A stretch of DNA of 64,000 bases from Azolla caroliniana (lineage: Eukaryota; Plantae; Polypodiophyta). Made by a program: the position numbers and the translations under genes. The notes under the pieces were generated by a model, which was not told the origin of the DNA, did not search any database, and was given only the letters and a program-made list of their open reading frames with translations. The stretch's first letter is position 1, and each line of letters starts with the position of its first letter. The stretch lies in assembly GCA_043228905.1 (NCBI GenBank), contig JBHGNT010000017.1:16120001-16184000 (forward strand), given 5' to 3'. Of the stretch, positions 52,601-63,209 are shown one piece after another.

Positions 52601-54624
52601 TCAGTGTGGATGTTTGACAAGCAAGCTATTCGCACTGTTAAAGCGTGTATTAGGGGATTTCTTTGGGCTGGGATGAGGAAAGACAATGCGGCAGCCAAAG
52701 TATCATGGTCCACATTGATTCTTCCCAAGAGTAAGGGTGGTTTAGGATTGGTTGACCCTGGATTGCAGAGTTAGGCATTGTTATGTAAGATATTGGTAAG
52801 AAGCTTGCTACCCGGTGATGAGTTATGGAAAACATTGATACATAATAGGAGCATTCTATGGAGTCCAAGACTGGGTGGGCAATGGAAGTCACACAAAGCG
52901 TGGCCTTTTTGCATGGACTTAAAATTGAGGAAATCTAACCGATTGGCTGATCGTACTTGTATGTCAGTGATGCAGGCGTGGAGTATGCTTCGTGGGCATC
53001 TAAGTCGGAATCGTCCAAGTACTAGTGTTGAATGGATGCGCCAACCCCTATTGTGGAACGAGACTGTGCAATCGCCAGAAGGAATGATGCTTGGACAAAG
53101 CAAGCGCATGCCGTGGGCTATATTGCATTGTCTAGGGATACACTCGGTGGCTGATTGGCTGCGGTTGTCCGGCAATAATCGCGATCAATTATATGAAGAC
53201 ACATTGGGAAAGGTCAGAAATGGCAGAAAGATGCTTGACGTAGTCAATACAGCTGTCTCCTCGCTTCCTATTGGTAATGAGGAAGAGGGTGAATGGTCTG
53301 GACAATGTGATGGTATCGGAAATATTATCAATGTCAGGGGTCTAGGAAAGAGTGGGAAGACCGTCTTGATGGGATTATTAGATGAAAGTGCAGGCTGGTA
53401 CCCTATTAGAATTGTTGCAAGACAGGGAAAGAAATGGAAGGTGAATCCACCAGTCGAAGAGGTCGAGGAGGATTGGATCTTGTACATGGTTGAAGGCAAG
53501 CCTCTCGAGCACGTAGAATGGGATCCCGCTGAATATAGGTGGAAGGGAGAACAAGCTAAATCACTAGGTTTCTTCGAATACTCGACGCGCTTGGGGAGAA
53601 AGTTAGGTTCGTATCGTGAGAAATGTGCCAACAAGTGGACCCATGCAGCTATCGATTCAGTCTTCGTGCATAGAACCAGGAGCAGGATATGGAACTCATC
53701 CCTTCCCGAGCGGATCAAAGTGTTTTTCTGGTTAATCACCCATCGGGTTGTTCCAACGGGAGAGTGGCTTGGGAATAGAGGCGGCATGAGTGGTTGCAAG
53801 GCGTGTAGTGCGAGCTTGGAGGAAATCGCTCATTGTTTATGGTGATGCCCACGAGCGCAAGAAATCTGGCTGAGGAGCTTAAGAATCTTGGCTCGTTTTG
53901 GGGTTGAGGTTCATGTATCGAGCGCAGCAATCACTTGGCTGGCCACTGAATCGGCCTCGTGGTTTCAAGGGTGGAATGGAAACAGTCCTTCTTTAATGGT
54001 GAAGCAAGGATCTGTGCAACCAGCAACGCAAGGAGGTTTATTCTTCTTACAAGAACGCTACGTGGACATATGGGTATTAGTGGTCGGCCTTACGGTCTGG
54101 CAAGTGTGGGTATCTCGGTGCAAGGAGACCCTTGCAGGTAAACGAACCCCACCGGCTGAGAATTTAATGATGATCTGGTTTAATCTTATTTCTACGTTGC
54201 GAGGTGAGTTTGAAAGTCTTCAAGGGCCATCTGATGCAAGTGAAGAAGCTAGAGCTCGATTCCTTCGGAAATGGAGCGGTTCGTCGATGCTGCAGATAAT
54301 GGATGGTAAAGTGAAGTGGAATTATCAACCACCGCGGTGGCTGTTCCCTCCAAGTGTTCCTAACATCTAGATGGGTGCTGCCATGAGGAGCGAATGGAGG
54401 ACATCTATGCTAAATTCTGTTTTGTATGAGGCTCACGTGGAGAATATGTGTTCGAGTAATGCTATACACATAGAATGATGTGGTGTTTTGGAGTTGTTTT
54501 TTTATGTTGTTTCATCTACACATTGTTTTCCTTTGACATGCAAGATGTCTTGTAAGATATGAGTTGTAAATGATTCCTTTGTACATTCTTAACTAATGGA
54601 AGTAGATGTTTTTTGGAAAAAAAA
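49630..54624 (+). mobile_element. 5'-truncated L1-clade LINE
   Basis: 18-bp TSD GAAAACTTATGAGAACAT (49612-49629, 54625-54642); A-tail 54617-54624. Confidence 0.93.
50092..54370 (+). pseudogene. LINE ORF2 (APE-RT-zf-RVT) with several stops and one frameshift
   Basis: SWNVQGL, LLLQEHH, NVYAPN, AGDFN, SDHLPI; PGADG, WRPITIL, QGCPLAP, EFADD, YLG; FFWL..H..C..C...EIAHCLW. Stops at 51178, 51211, 52084, 52772 and 53843; frameshift near 52300. Confidence 0.9.
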
Positions 54625-55026
54625 GAAAACTTATGAGAACATAAATGAACTAACTATGGGAAATACAAGTTGGGATTATTCATGAGGGATATATTTAGAG
54701 GAATATTTCCATATGCAATATGCTTATAGTTCTATGTAGGCTAGAGATGATGACACAACACACAAAATGTCCGATGACATTAGAACTATCAATGTGGTAA
54801 TGTTGGAACATATTAAATATAATATGGTTTGTGTGTGTAGAAAATATTTTTTCTCTGACGAATATGAATCCACCATTATCATTGGTGTAGTCATTGCTAC
54901 TGATGCTTTAAGCACATGAGATTGGGTTCAACATGATCAAAAAGTGTAAAAACATTACGTGATATAGTTCCTCTTTTGAGATATTGAGAAATGTGCTTTG
55001 GTTGGTGGTTGCCATTATCATTTACA

Positions 55027-55489
55027 AACAATTTAATTAAAACAAAGAGTTTTGAAAGGAATCGTTGATTAATAATAATCAGCAAATAGTTAACTAAAAG
55101 CACACAACCTATAAATTTATAAGCCCAATGACCATTAGCCATTGCTACTGAATAAAGGGCAATTGTTCACAAATTACCCTTAACTAGGTAAAAATAGGCC
55201 TGATAACATATTGTGGCGTCCCTTTGGTGCAAGTGTTACGGGATATTATATGGTCATGCCCGTAACAATTTAATTAAAACAAAGAGTTTTGAAAGGAATT
55301 GTTGATTAATAATAATCAACAAATAGTTAACTAAAAGCACACAACCTATAAATTTATAAGCCCAATGACCATTAGCCATTGCTACCGAATAAAGGGCAAT
55401 TGTTCACAAATTACCCTTAACTAGGTAAAAATAGGCCTGATAACATATTGTGGTGTCCCTTTGGTGCAAGTGTTACGGGATATTATATG
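55027..55489. repeat. 237-bp direct duplication with an inverted LTR-end insert at the junction
   Basis: aacaatttaattaaaac at 55027 and 55264; 55238-55267 is the reverse complement of 55488-55517. Confidence 0.9.
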
Positions 55490-55925
55490 TTACGGGCATG
55501 ACCATATAATATCCCGTGGTGAGAATTTATCGTAGTATTCTATACACATGGATAAGTGTGAGGGTTAAACGAGAGTGTAGAGAAGGGGAGGATTACTTTT
55601 AAATCCTCGGGATTGAGACAACCCATTAGGCCAAGTGTGAACTTGCCTGGGGGCCTTGGGTATCGCTATAAATAAGAGGCCTAGCTACCCTCATTTGACT
55701 ATCGGGTTGACTACGTGGACGGTAACCATTACAACTCAAGAACGAGACAAGTAGGTAGTTACACCACTTACCCACTCTCTCATCTTTGTACACATGCACA
55801 CAAATGTGCATGTGTTCATAGAAATACTCATCCTCACACTCACACTCGTATACATTGCACATACACAACCACCACTTTATTGTGTTTTACCCTTATACCT
55901 CCCCGTACATCTCCTATGGGTAACA
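55488..55925 (+). mobile_element. Solo/recombinant LTR
   Basis: TGTTAC...GTAACA termini; ctataaataagagg; flanks do not form a TSD. Confidence 0.75.
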
Positions 55926-57175
55926 ATGTTGTCTAGCACCTTTGTCTCCATCTGAGTTGACGTGATGTAAGGTTCGCCTAATATAATTGGGTGGGAGGAC
56001 ATTTCTTGTATAAAGAAATGTTGATCGATTTCTATGTCTCCCACATTCATCCGTACGTTCAAGCATGCTCCATAAAGCTCTTCAGTGGCCCGAGTTGTCG
56101 TTCGTATTTTCCACCCATGCTTGGTGTTGATTGGCCACTTCCCCTTTTTGTAGAAGTTCATCGACATTAGTTTTATCTCGGATTTGTGGTCGATCAATGC
56201 TACAACAAGTTCCTTCAGATCACCGACCTGGACCGGTGTTTTCGACGTTGCCCTTGCCCAATGCGGCCTTGTGTAGTGACTGTTTGAATGATCTTCTACT
56301 ACTACCACTTCTTCCATCATAATAGCACTCACAATGCTCGGCTTTGTGCTCTCCTATTCTGTTGAGAGTTGCTTCTGCTTCATGAGGTCAATGATAGTGT
56401 CATGGAATTCCCTTTTCGCTATTCCGAGTACTTCTCATAGGGTAAACTCCACTCGATTGTCGAGGATCCTTTCCTCCAAGACCTTCCATAAGTCCGTAGC
56501 TTGTTCGATCTTTGAGCACAACGTGAAGCTTAGAACCTTGACCTTCTCCTTGCCCCTTTCGTCGTGTGCATGGGCCGAGCTGCCTTCGTCTCTCTTTGGT
56601 TCTCCCTGGGTCTCATATCTTCTTGAGGGACCTGCCCCTCCATCCTTTCCAATCTGCTTCTCGTCGACCAGGACCTCGTAGTTCTCGCAGGCACCTTGAA
56701 GAAGTTCTTCTTTTCCTCTATCAGTTCATTCCACCTCGTAAACTCATAGATTTGCTTCTATGCACGATCCACTTCCTCCTTCTTTAACTTCATTCTTGAG
56801 AGGCCATCAAGAACAACCAATCAAAATATGGTGTCTTTCTTCCTATCGGTGCTCTTTTCACCTCCTACCCGTATCTCGGTTGATGCCGAGTAGTGGACGG
56901 TTTCGACGTGTTGAGCCTCCGCTTCCTCCATCAATAGTTTCATGCTGCCACATCCGGTGTTCATGTCTAGGATCCTTCGTGTCTCGCTAGCCTGTACCCT
57001 ACAATTCCAAAGATACACCACATTTCTCCTCAAGGTCTTTGAGAAGTCTGTGCAGTCCTTTTGTACGTGTCAAGAATAGTACTAAAACAGAGAGAGAATT
57101 AGTATTAGAGAAGGGAAGTACTATTAGTACTAAGAGGACGGGACTGCGTAAGACTCACGAGAGAGAGAAAGAGAG

Positions 57176-57215
<40 letters not shown>

Positions 57216-57436
57216 GATGATGATAACAGATGATATATTATGTGAAGAGTAAGTACAAAAGGGCTATGGGGCTTAAGACTATCGTTGAACCAATTTGGTT
57301 CAAAATAATGCCTAGTGCCTTCTTTTATAGTGTTCTTAGGAGTAATCCTGAAGCTTCTAGAATGTTCCAGAGAAATCTGGAATATACATTAATTTCCTAT
57401 AATAAAACTTTAATGAAAATAATATCCTACGTATTA

Positions 57437-57509
57437 CAATAGATGGTATAATGGTCAAGAGCTCGACCCATATAACATAAGGTCATGGGTTCGAGTCTTG
57501 CCATATCAT
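57437..57509 (+). other. tRNA-like module in LTR U3, antisense to the element; second copy ~62666-62738
   Basis: A-box TGGTATAATGG (57444-57454) and B-box GGTTCGAGTC (57488-57497) at tRNA spacing, with an AGGTC variable loop. Confidence 0.7.
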
Positions 57510-60500
57510 GACACTATCCCCCTTAACCCCTTAAGAAGACGAGTGTAATGAGTCAGCACTGATTGCGAACCGGGTTTGTTTGGATACTTTCGGTGGAAAT
57601 CAGCAAGAAGATCTTGAGCATTGGGGACATGCTCGATGGGTTCCCAAGTACGTTCGCTCGGACTATAGCCGAGCCAATCGATCAAATAATAAAGTTTGTT
57701 GTGAACAAGTTTGGAATTGAGGACGGTAGCAACTTCATACTCCGGGCCGGCGTCCAACTCAAGCGGGGGTGGCGGTGGTGTAACACAATCGGGAATAGTG
57801 TTTGCTTTATAAGTTTCAAGAAGAGAACTATGGAAAACCGGATGTATCTGAAGATGAGGAGGGAGATCAAGGCAGAATGTGACATCATTAACCTTACCAG
57901 TAATACGGAAAGGACTGAGTCGTCGATAATCCAACTTGTCACACGATCGAGTAGTCTTGATGTGATGACGTAAGAGCCATACTCGATCTCCGATGGCAAA
58001 AGTGGAGGGAAGCCGATGATGATCCACATAAGTCTTCTGTGTGTGTTGAGCATGACGAAGATGAGTAGAGAGATCTAGCTGGATCTTGCGTAGCCTCTCC
58101 AAATGATCCTCGGCACGAGGATTGGTAGGTAGCTCTGGGGTGTTGATCACCGACCAACGAGGATGAGAACCGGTATAAGTGTAAAATGGGGAGACCCGAG
58201 TCGAGGAGTGAACAACATTATTATACGCAAACTCCGCAAAGTGGAGAATCTCGGCCCAATCGTCCTGTTGATAACTCAGAAAACTCTGGAGATATTGTTC
58301 TAGCGTTTGGTTTGTTCGTTCGGCCTACCCATTGGTCTAGGGATGGTAGCCGGAGGAGAGGTTGCAAGAGACCTTGATCATCTTGAAGAGATGCTGCCAA
58401 AATTTGGAAACGAATTGAGGGCCTCGGTCATTGATGATATTGTTTGGGAGGCCATGATGTCGAAATACCTCATGCATGACAAGGGCGGCGGTTTCCTCGC
58501 TAGTGATGGCCTTAGTACACGACACAAAATGTGCCATCTTAGTATATCGATTGAAGACGGTTAAAATAGCATCGAACCCCTTCGAGACTGGCAGATCTGT
58601 GATAAAATCAAGACAAATAGACTGCCACGGCTTACTTGGAATTGGTAAGGGTTGCAACAAGCCATATGGATGGTGTTGTGGCATCTTTGCTCGATAGCAA
58701 GCATCACAAGTTCGAACGTAGTCATCGACAAAACGTCGCATATGGGGCCACCAAAAAGATCGTTGAACTAGATCCAACGTCTTAGTACTACTGAAATGTC
58801 CCGCCGTATGGGTGTCGTGACAACTTTGGACGATTTGAAGGCGACAGGAGCAATCAGGGACATATACAAGTTTTTTAAAGAATAACAAACCATCATGATA
58901 TTCGAATTGTCGGTAGTCCATACATGGTTGTTGAGACTGGGAGCAGGATGCCCGAGAGGTATCAATGTGCGCCAGAATGTCTTGAGCAAAACAATCCGTC
59001 TTCAAGTTCGCATGTATGGCATTAGTAATCCGGGAATCCATTGGGGTGTGAAAAATCCGTGTTGTGTGCAATTGTGTTGGTCCCAAGATTACTTGCTTTT
59101 GATTATCAAACGTTGGATCACCAGGACGAGGTGCAAGATATGAACGCCGTGATAGTGCATCTGCTTTTCCTTGTTGCTTCCCCGGTCGATATGTGATTTT
59201 GAAGTCAAAACGCGTGAGGAATTGAGCCTACCGAGCTTGCAGTCGATTTAGCACACGAGCGTTCTAGAAATAAGCAAGATTTTTGTGATCGCTGAAGACG
59301 ATGACCTGATGTGGAGAGCCCTCTAAGAAATGCCGCCATTGCACAAATGAATCTACGATGGCTAATAACTCCTTGTCATGTATTTTGCAGTTGATTTCTG
59401 TGGCATCGAATTTGTGCGAATGGAAAGCCATAGGATATAACTCTTCTTACCGAGGGTGAAATCCGATGTGTCAGCCTCCATGATGAATGGTTTGTTTGTA
59501 TCCACATGAGCTAGAATTGGAGCTGATGTAAAGGCTTTCTTAAGATGCCGAAAAGCCATGTCCGCTTCATTGGACCAAAGGAATGCCCGTCCCTTCTTCG
59601 TAAACTGTGTGAGAGGTAAAATAATCTTCGAGTAATCTTGTATAAACTTGCGGTAGAAGTTAGCAAAACCTTGGAAACATTGTACATCTCGTAACGAACG
59701 GGGAGTTTACCACTCTAGCACAATTTTGACTTTAGCTGGATCCATGGAGATGCCCCTTGAGGAGATGACGTAGCCTAGAAATTCCACTTGCTTGCAGTCA
59801 AAGCTACATTTTTCTAGCTTGGCATAAAGACCATTCTCGCAGAGTCCTTTTAATACTAATAGTACATGAGAATCGTGCTCTTCCTGGGTTTTCGAATAAA
59901 TCAATAGATCATCCAAATAGATGATCAAACAGATATCCAAGAGGTCTCTGAATATATCATTTGCCATGTGTTGGAAGACTGCGGGTGCATTGGTTAGACC
60001 GAACGGCATAACGGTATATTGGAAATGCCCATACCGCATGCGAAAGGCGGTCTTCCATTCATCTCCTGGTCGGATCTGCATGAGGTTATATGCTCCTCGT
60101 AGATCGATTTTTGTAAAAAACTTGGCACCATTAACTCGCTCTAAAAGACTTGATATAAGAGGAAGTGCATACCTATTCCGGATGGTGACCTTATGCAAGC
60201 CGCGGTAATCAACGACGAGACGAAGTGAGCCATCTTTCTTCTTGACAAAGAAGATGGGTGCACTGGCCAGAGATTTCGAATGACGAATAAACCCGCTTGC
60301 CAAGTTCTCCTCTATGTAGGCTTGAAGGAATTCTAACTCGGTTAGTGACAAGTTGTAGATTGGTCCCCATGGTGGCTCTGCTCCTGGTTGTAAATCGATG
60401 GGACAATCGAAGGGATGATGATGAGGAAGAGTACCGGCTTTTACCTTGTCAAATATATCGGCATAAGGATGATATTTTGCCGGAAGTTGCACTAAGGATT

Positions 60501-61083
60501 CCTCCGAAATATTGCTGGAAGGATGTATTGATATTGCAAATAGGAACATTGCCTCCTTGTGTCCTTCTTTGCGTAGTTGACATAGTGAAATGGTCGAAAC
60601 TCGATGAGTAGATTCTTGGGGTTGTCAATATCAGACTTCTCTTGTTCTCAAATCTATGTCTGGATTATGTAATTCAAACCAAGGTAATCCCAGGACAATG
60701 GGATGCTCTGGATTACTAATTGTATTGAATGATACTACACACAAAAAACTACCTAGGACAACCTGAATGGGTTCTGACTCTTCTACAATATTCCCAGAAG
60801 CAATGGGACGACCATCAATGACTACTACAGATGCGGGGCAAGGAAGTTTTCTTAAGGATATCTGAGAAGCTTAGGCAAAATTTCAATCCATGAAACAGGA
60901 ATTGGCTCCAGAATCTAAAAGTGCTAGGACGTGTACTGGAGGAGTACTTTTAGTACTAACCATGACTTGGGCTAGGAACACATTGCTAATTTGCTTGGAG
61001 GGAATGAAACCACTAATGGGCTGTACAGATCTAGGGCTGTCCAACCAAACGACTCCTATTTTGGTTGGACTCAGTCGTTTAAC
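57506..61083 (-). pseudogene. Chromovirus pol (-1 frame relative to gag)
   Basis: LLDSGA, KIDLRGAY, YLDDLL, CHDTHTAGHF..CDAC, LDFITDLP, HPVFHSSLL, chromodomain YEV..YLIDWLGY..TWEP; several stops and frameshifts. Confidence 0.92.
61039..61083 (-). promoter_or_regulatory. -1 programmed ribosomal frameshift signal
   Basis: G_TTA_AAC slippery site, 6-nt spacer, 11-bp perfect stem GTCCAACCAAA/TTTGGTTGGAC; the -1 frame is open into the protease. Confidence 0.85.
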
Positions 61084-62219
61084 TCTTCATCTAATTGACT
61101 AAGGATTGCAAATTTGTTTGAGATACTTGGGCTAGTAGTACTATTAATACTATCCGACACTCCTAAGGGAAGAATTGACTTGGGTTTAGTACATGCTACA
61201 ATTTGATTTACTTGTCTTGTTGGCCTATGGGGACAGTTGATTGCGATATGCCCTGGTCCACTGCAATAAAGACATAATCGATTTGCATGTCGTCGTTGCT
61301 TTTCTTCTTCCGATAACGGGCCACGTCGACGCATGATGTCGATCTCCATCGGTGTCGGAGTATTTGCTTGAGATATGTCTCGTGCAAACGGTTTAGCCGC
61401 GACTGAGGCATATGTGGGCTCCAGCCTAGGGCGTGGTATTTGTAATTGACGTTCCGAACGCCGTTCGAAAAGGCGGTTGTCGCAACGAACCGCTCAACTG
61501 TTTGCCTTTGTAAGAGACTTTGGTTCTTCGGGGAAGGTTAGAAGTAGATCTTTGACATCGTTTCACAGGCCGTAGCGAAACTGCTCCATTAGTGCCTGAT
61601 CATCCCAGGGAATATCTGAGGCGAGTAGATGGAAATCCGTCGCGTAGGCAGAGGCTGGACGATCGCCTTGACGCAATCATCGGATTTTGTTGATCGCCGT
61701 CCTGATGCTGTCTGTATCTCCAAAGCAAGCTTTAAACTCGCTAATAAAGTCTTCAAAGTTATTAAGTAAGGGCGATTGTTTTTCTAGAAGCGGAGCAAAC
61801 CATGCCAAGGCTTAGCCGCTAAGCAACGTGCCTATTAGGCTGACTCGGGATGCATCAGTGGGGTACCGAGAAGGATGCATTTGCATGACTAAGCGTACCT
61901 GATTGAGGAATCCCCTAAATTGCGATCACGTTCCATCAAATTTCACAGGAAGTCCAATCTTGGGCTCTTTATGAAATCCTTGGGGACTTGATCCTTGTTG
62001 TTGCAACGCTGCTTCGAGTTGTTGCACACGTAACACTAACTCCCCATGTTGCTATTGCAACTCCTCATGTTGTTGTTGCATTTGCTGTTTTTCTGGGGCG
62101 ATTTGTTGAAGATTCCCTAACAATAGTTGGTTTTCTTGTTCCAAGGCAACAAAATTTTCTTTTAGACACTGTAGCTCGGAGAAAACGGATTGGTATTCTT
62201 GGGCGCTAACAGAAGCCAT
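61071..62219 (-). pseudogene. Chromovirus gag
   Basis: ATG at 62219; EPKIGLPVKFDG, MEID..RRGPLSEEEKQRR..NRLCLYCSGPGHIAINCP; contains stops. Confidence 0.88.
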
Positions 62220-62273
62220 TGTATAGAAAAAGGATAAGAGGATGAGGGAAACCAAAAGAAAGACTAGAGAGGG

Positions 62274-62285
62274 AAATTGGTTCAA
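62274..62285 (-). promoter_or_regulatory. Self-priming PBS
   Basis: TTGAACCAATTT is complementary to AAATTGGTTCAA (62525-62514), which starts 33 nt after TATAAAAG. Confidence 0.88.
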
Positions 62286-62577
62286 ACTGTCAGGAATAGT
62301 AATAAAACAGAGAGAGAATTAGTACTAGAGAAGGGAAGTACTATTAGTACTAAGAGGACGGGATTGCATAAGACTCCTGAGAGAGAGAAAAAGAGAAGAG
62401 GAGAGAGAGAGAGATGGCGAGGACGAGAGAGAGAGAAAGAGAGAGATGATGATAATAGATGATATATTATGTGAAGAGTAAGTACAAAAGGGCTATGGGG
62501 CTTAAGACTGGCGTTGAACCAATTTGGTTCAAAATAATGCCTAGTGCCTTCTTTTATAGTGTTCTTAGGAGTAATCC

Positions 62578-62602
62578 TGAAGCTTCTAGAATGTTCTAGA
62601 GA
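62578..62602. promoter_or_regulatory. Heat shock element in chromovirus U3 (copy at ~57349-57373)
   Basis: tGAAgcTTCtaGAAtgTTCtaGAg: four perfect alternating nGAAn units, 20-45 bp upstream of the TATA box. Confidence 0.75.
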
Positions 62603-63209
62603 AATCTGGAATATACATTAATTTCCTATAATAAAACTTAAATGAAAATAATATCCTACGCATTATAATAGATGGTATAATGGTCAAGAGCTCGACCCAT
62701 ATAACATAAGGTCATGGGTTCGAGTCTTGCCATATCATGGTAGTACGGGGTTGTCGTTCTCTCACCACATACACCTTTGTACATATGGTAAACGTCGGTC
62801 GCGAGGAGGGCTCACATTGTCTCTTCAAGCTTGGGCGATCTGGAGGTCCCTTACCATTTTCTTTAATTCTTCTAATGCCGACCATCCAGACGACCCTTCT
62901 ACAATGTTGGTTGAGGGTGGCGGGCCCGTATTGCCTCGCCTTCTCGTCCCTTTGACCTTGGTAGGCCCCTCCATTGTTCTGCCTTCATAGGTTTGGCCAC
63001 TTGACGAACTCTCATCGTTCCACTCATGTCTCTTATTGAAGCGGCTGCAAACCCTTTTTATCGTGGTCCAATCTATTGTGAGCCCATCTTCTGTCTCGAG
63101 GAGGAGACCCACCTTCTCCCGGTCTCAGACATCAACAACTTTAATGAGCAATAAGACCTTGCTCATGTTGAGCACCGTCCTATCGAGCGCTGAGAGTTGT
63201 GCGAAGCAT

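Larger units (their letters stand above)
57068..62742 (-). mobile_element. Full-length chromovirus (Tcn1-like Ty3/gypsy); 5' LTR 62288-62742, 3' LTR 57068-57513
   Basis: Exact TSD GTACG (57063-57067, 62743-62747); PPT AAGGGGGATAG at 57514; gag-PR-RT-RH-INT-chromodomain order. Confidence 0.96.
55926..63209 (-). mobile_element. Degraded Ty3/gypsy gag-protease (host element B, same family as 4027-5880)
   Basis: GLLLETEDGLTIDW, MVRDLQIAQA, HWARAT, ALIDHKSEIKLM, IILGEPY; split in the zinc knuckle by the chromovirus. Confidence 0.85.

Noticed and set aside
53185-53799. 204-aa antisense ORF
   Set aside because: Shadow of LINE ORF2 with no independent motifs.
57437-57509. Functional tRNA genes in the LTRs
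   Set aside because: Acceptor, anticodon and T stems are too degenerate; reported only as tRNA-like.
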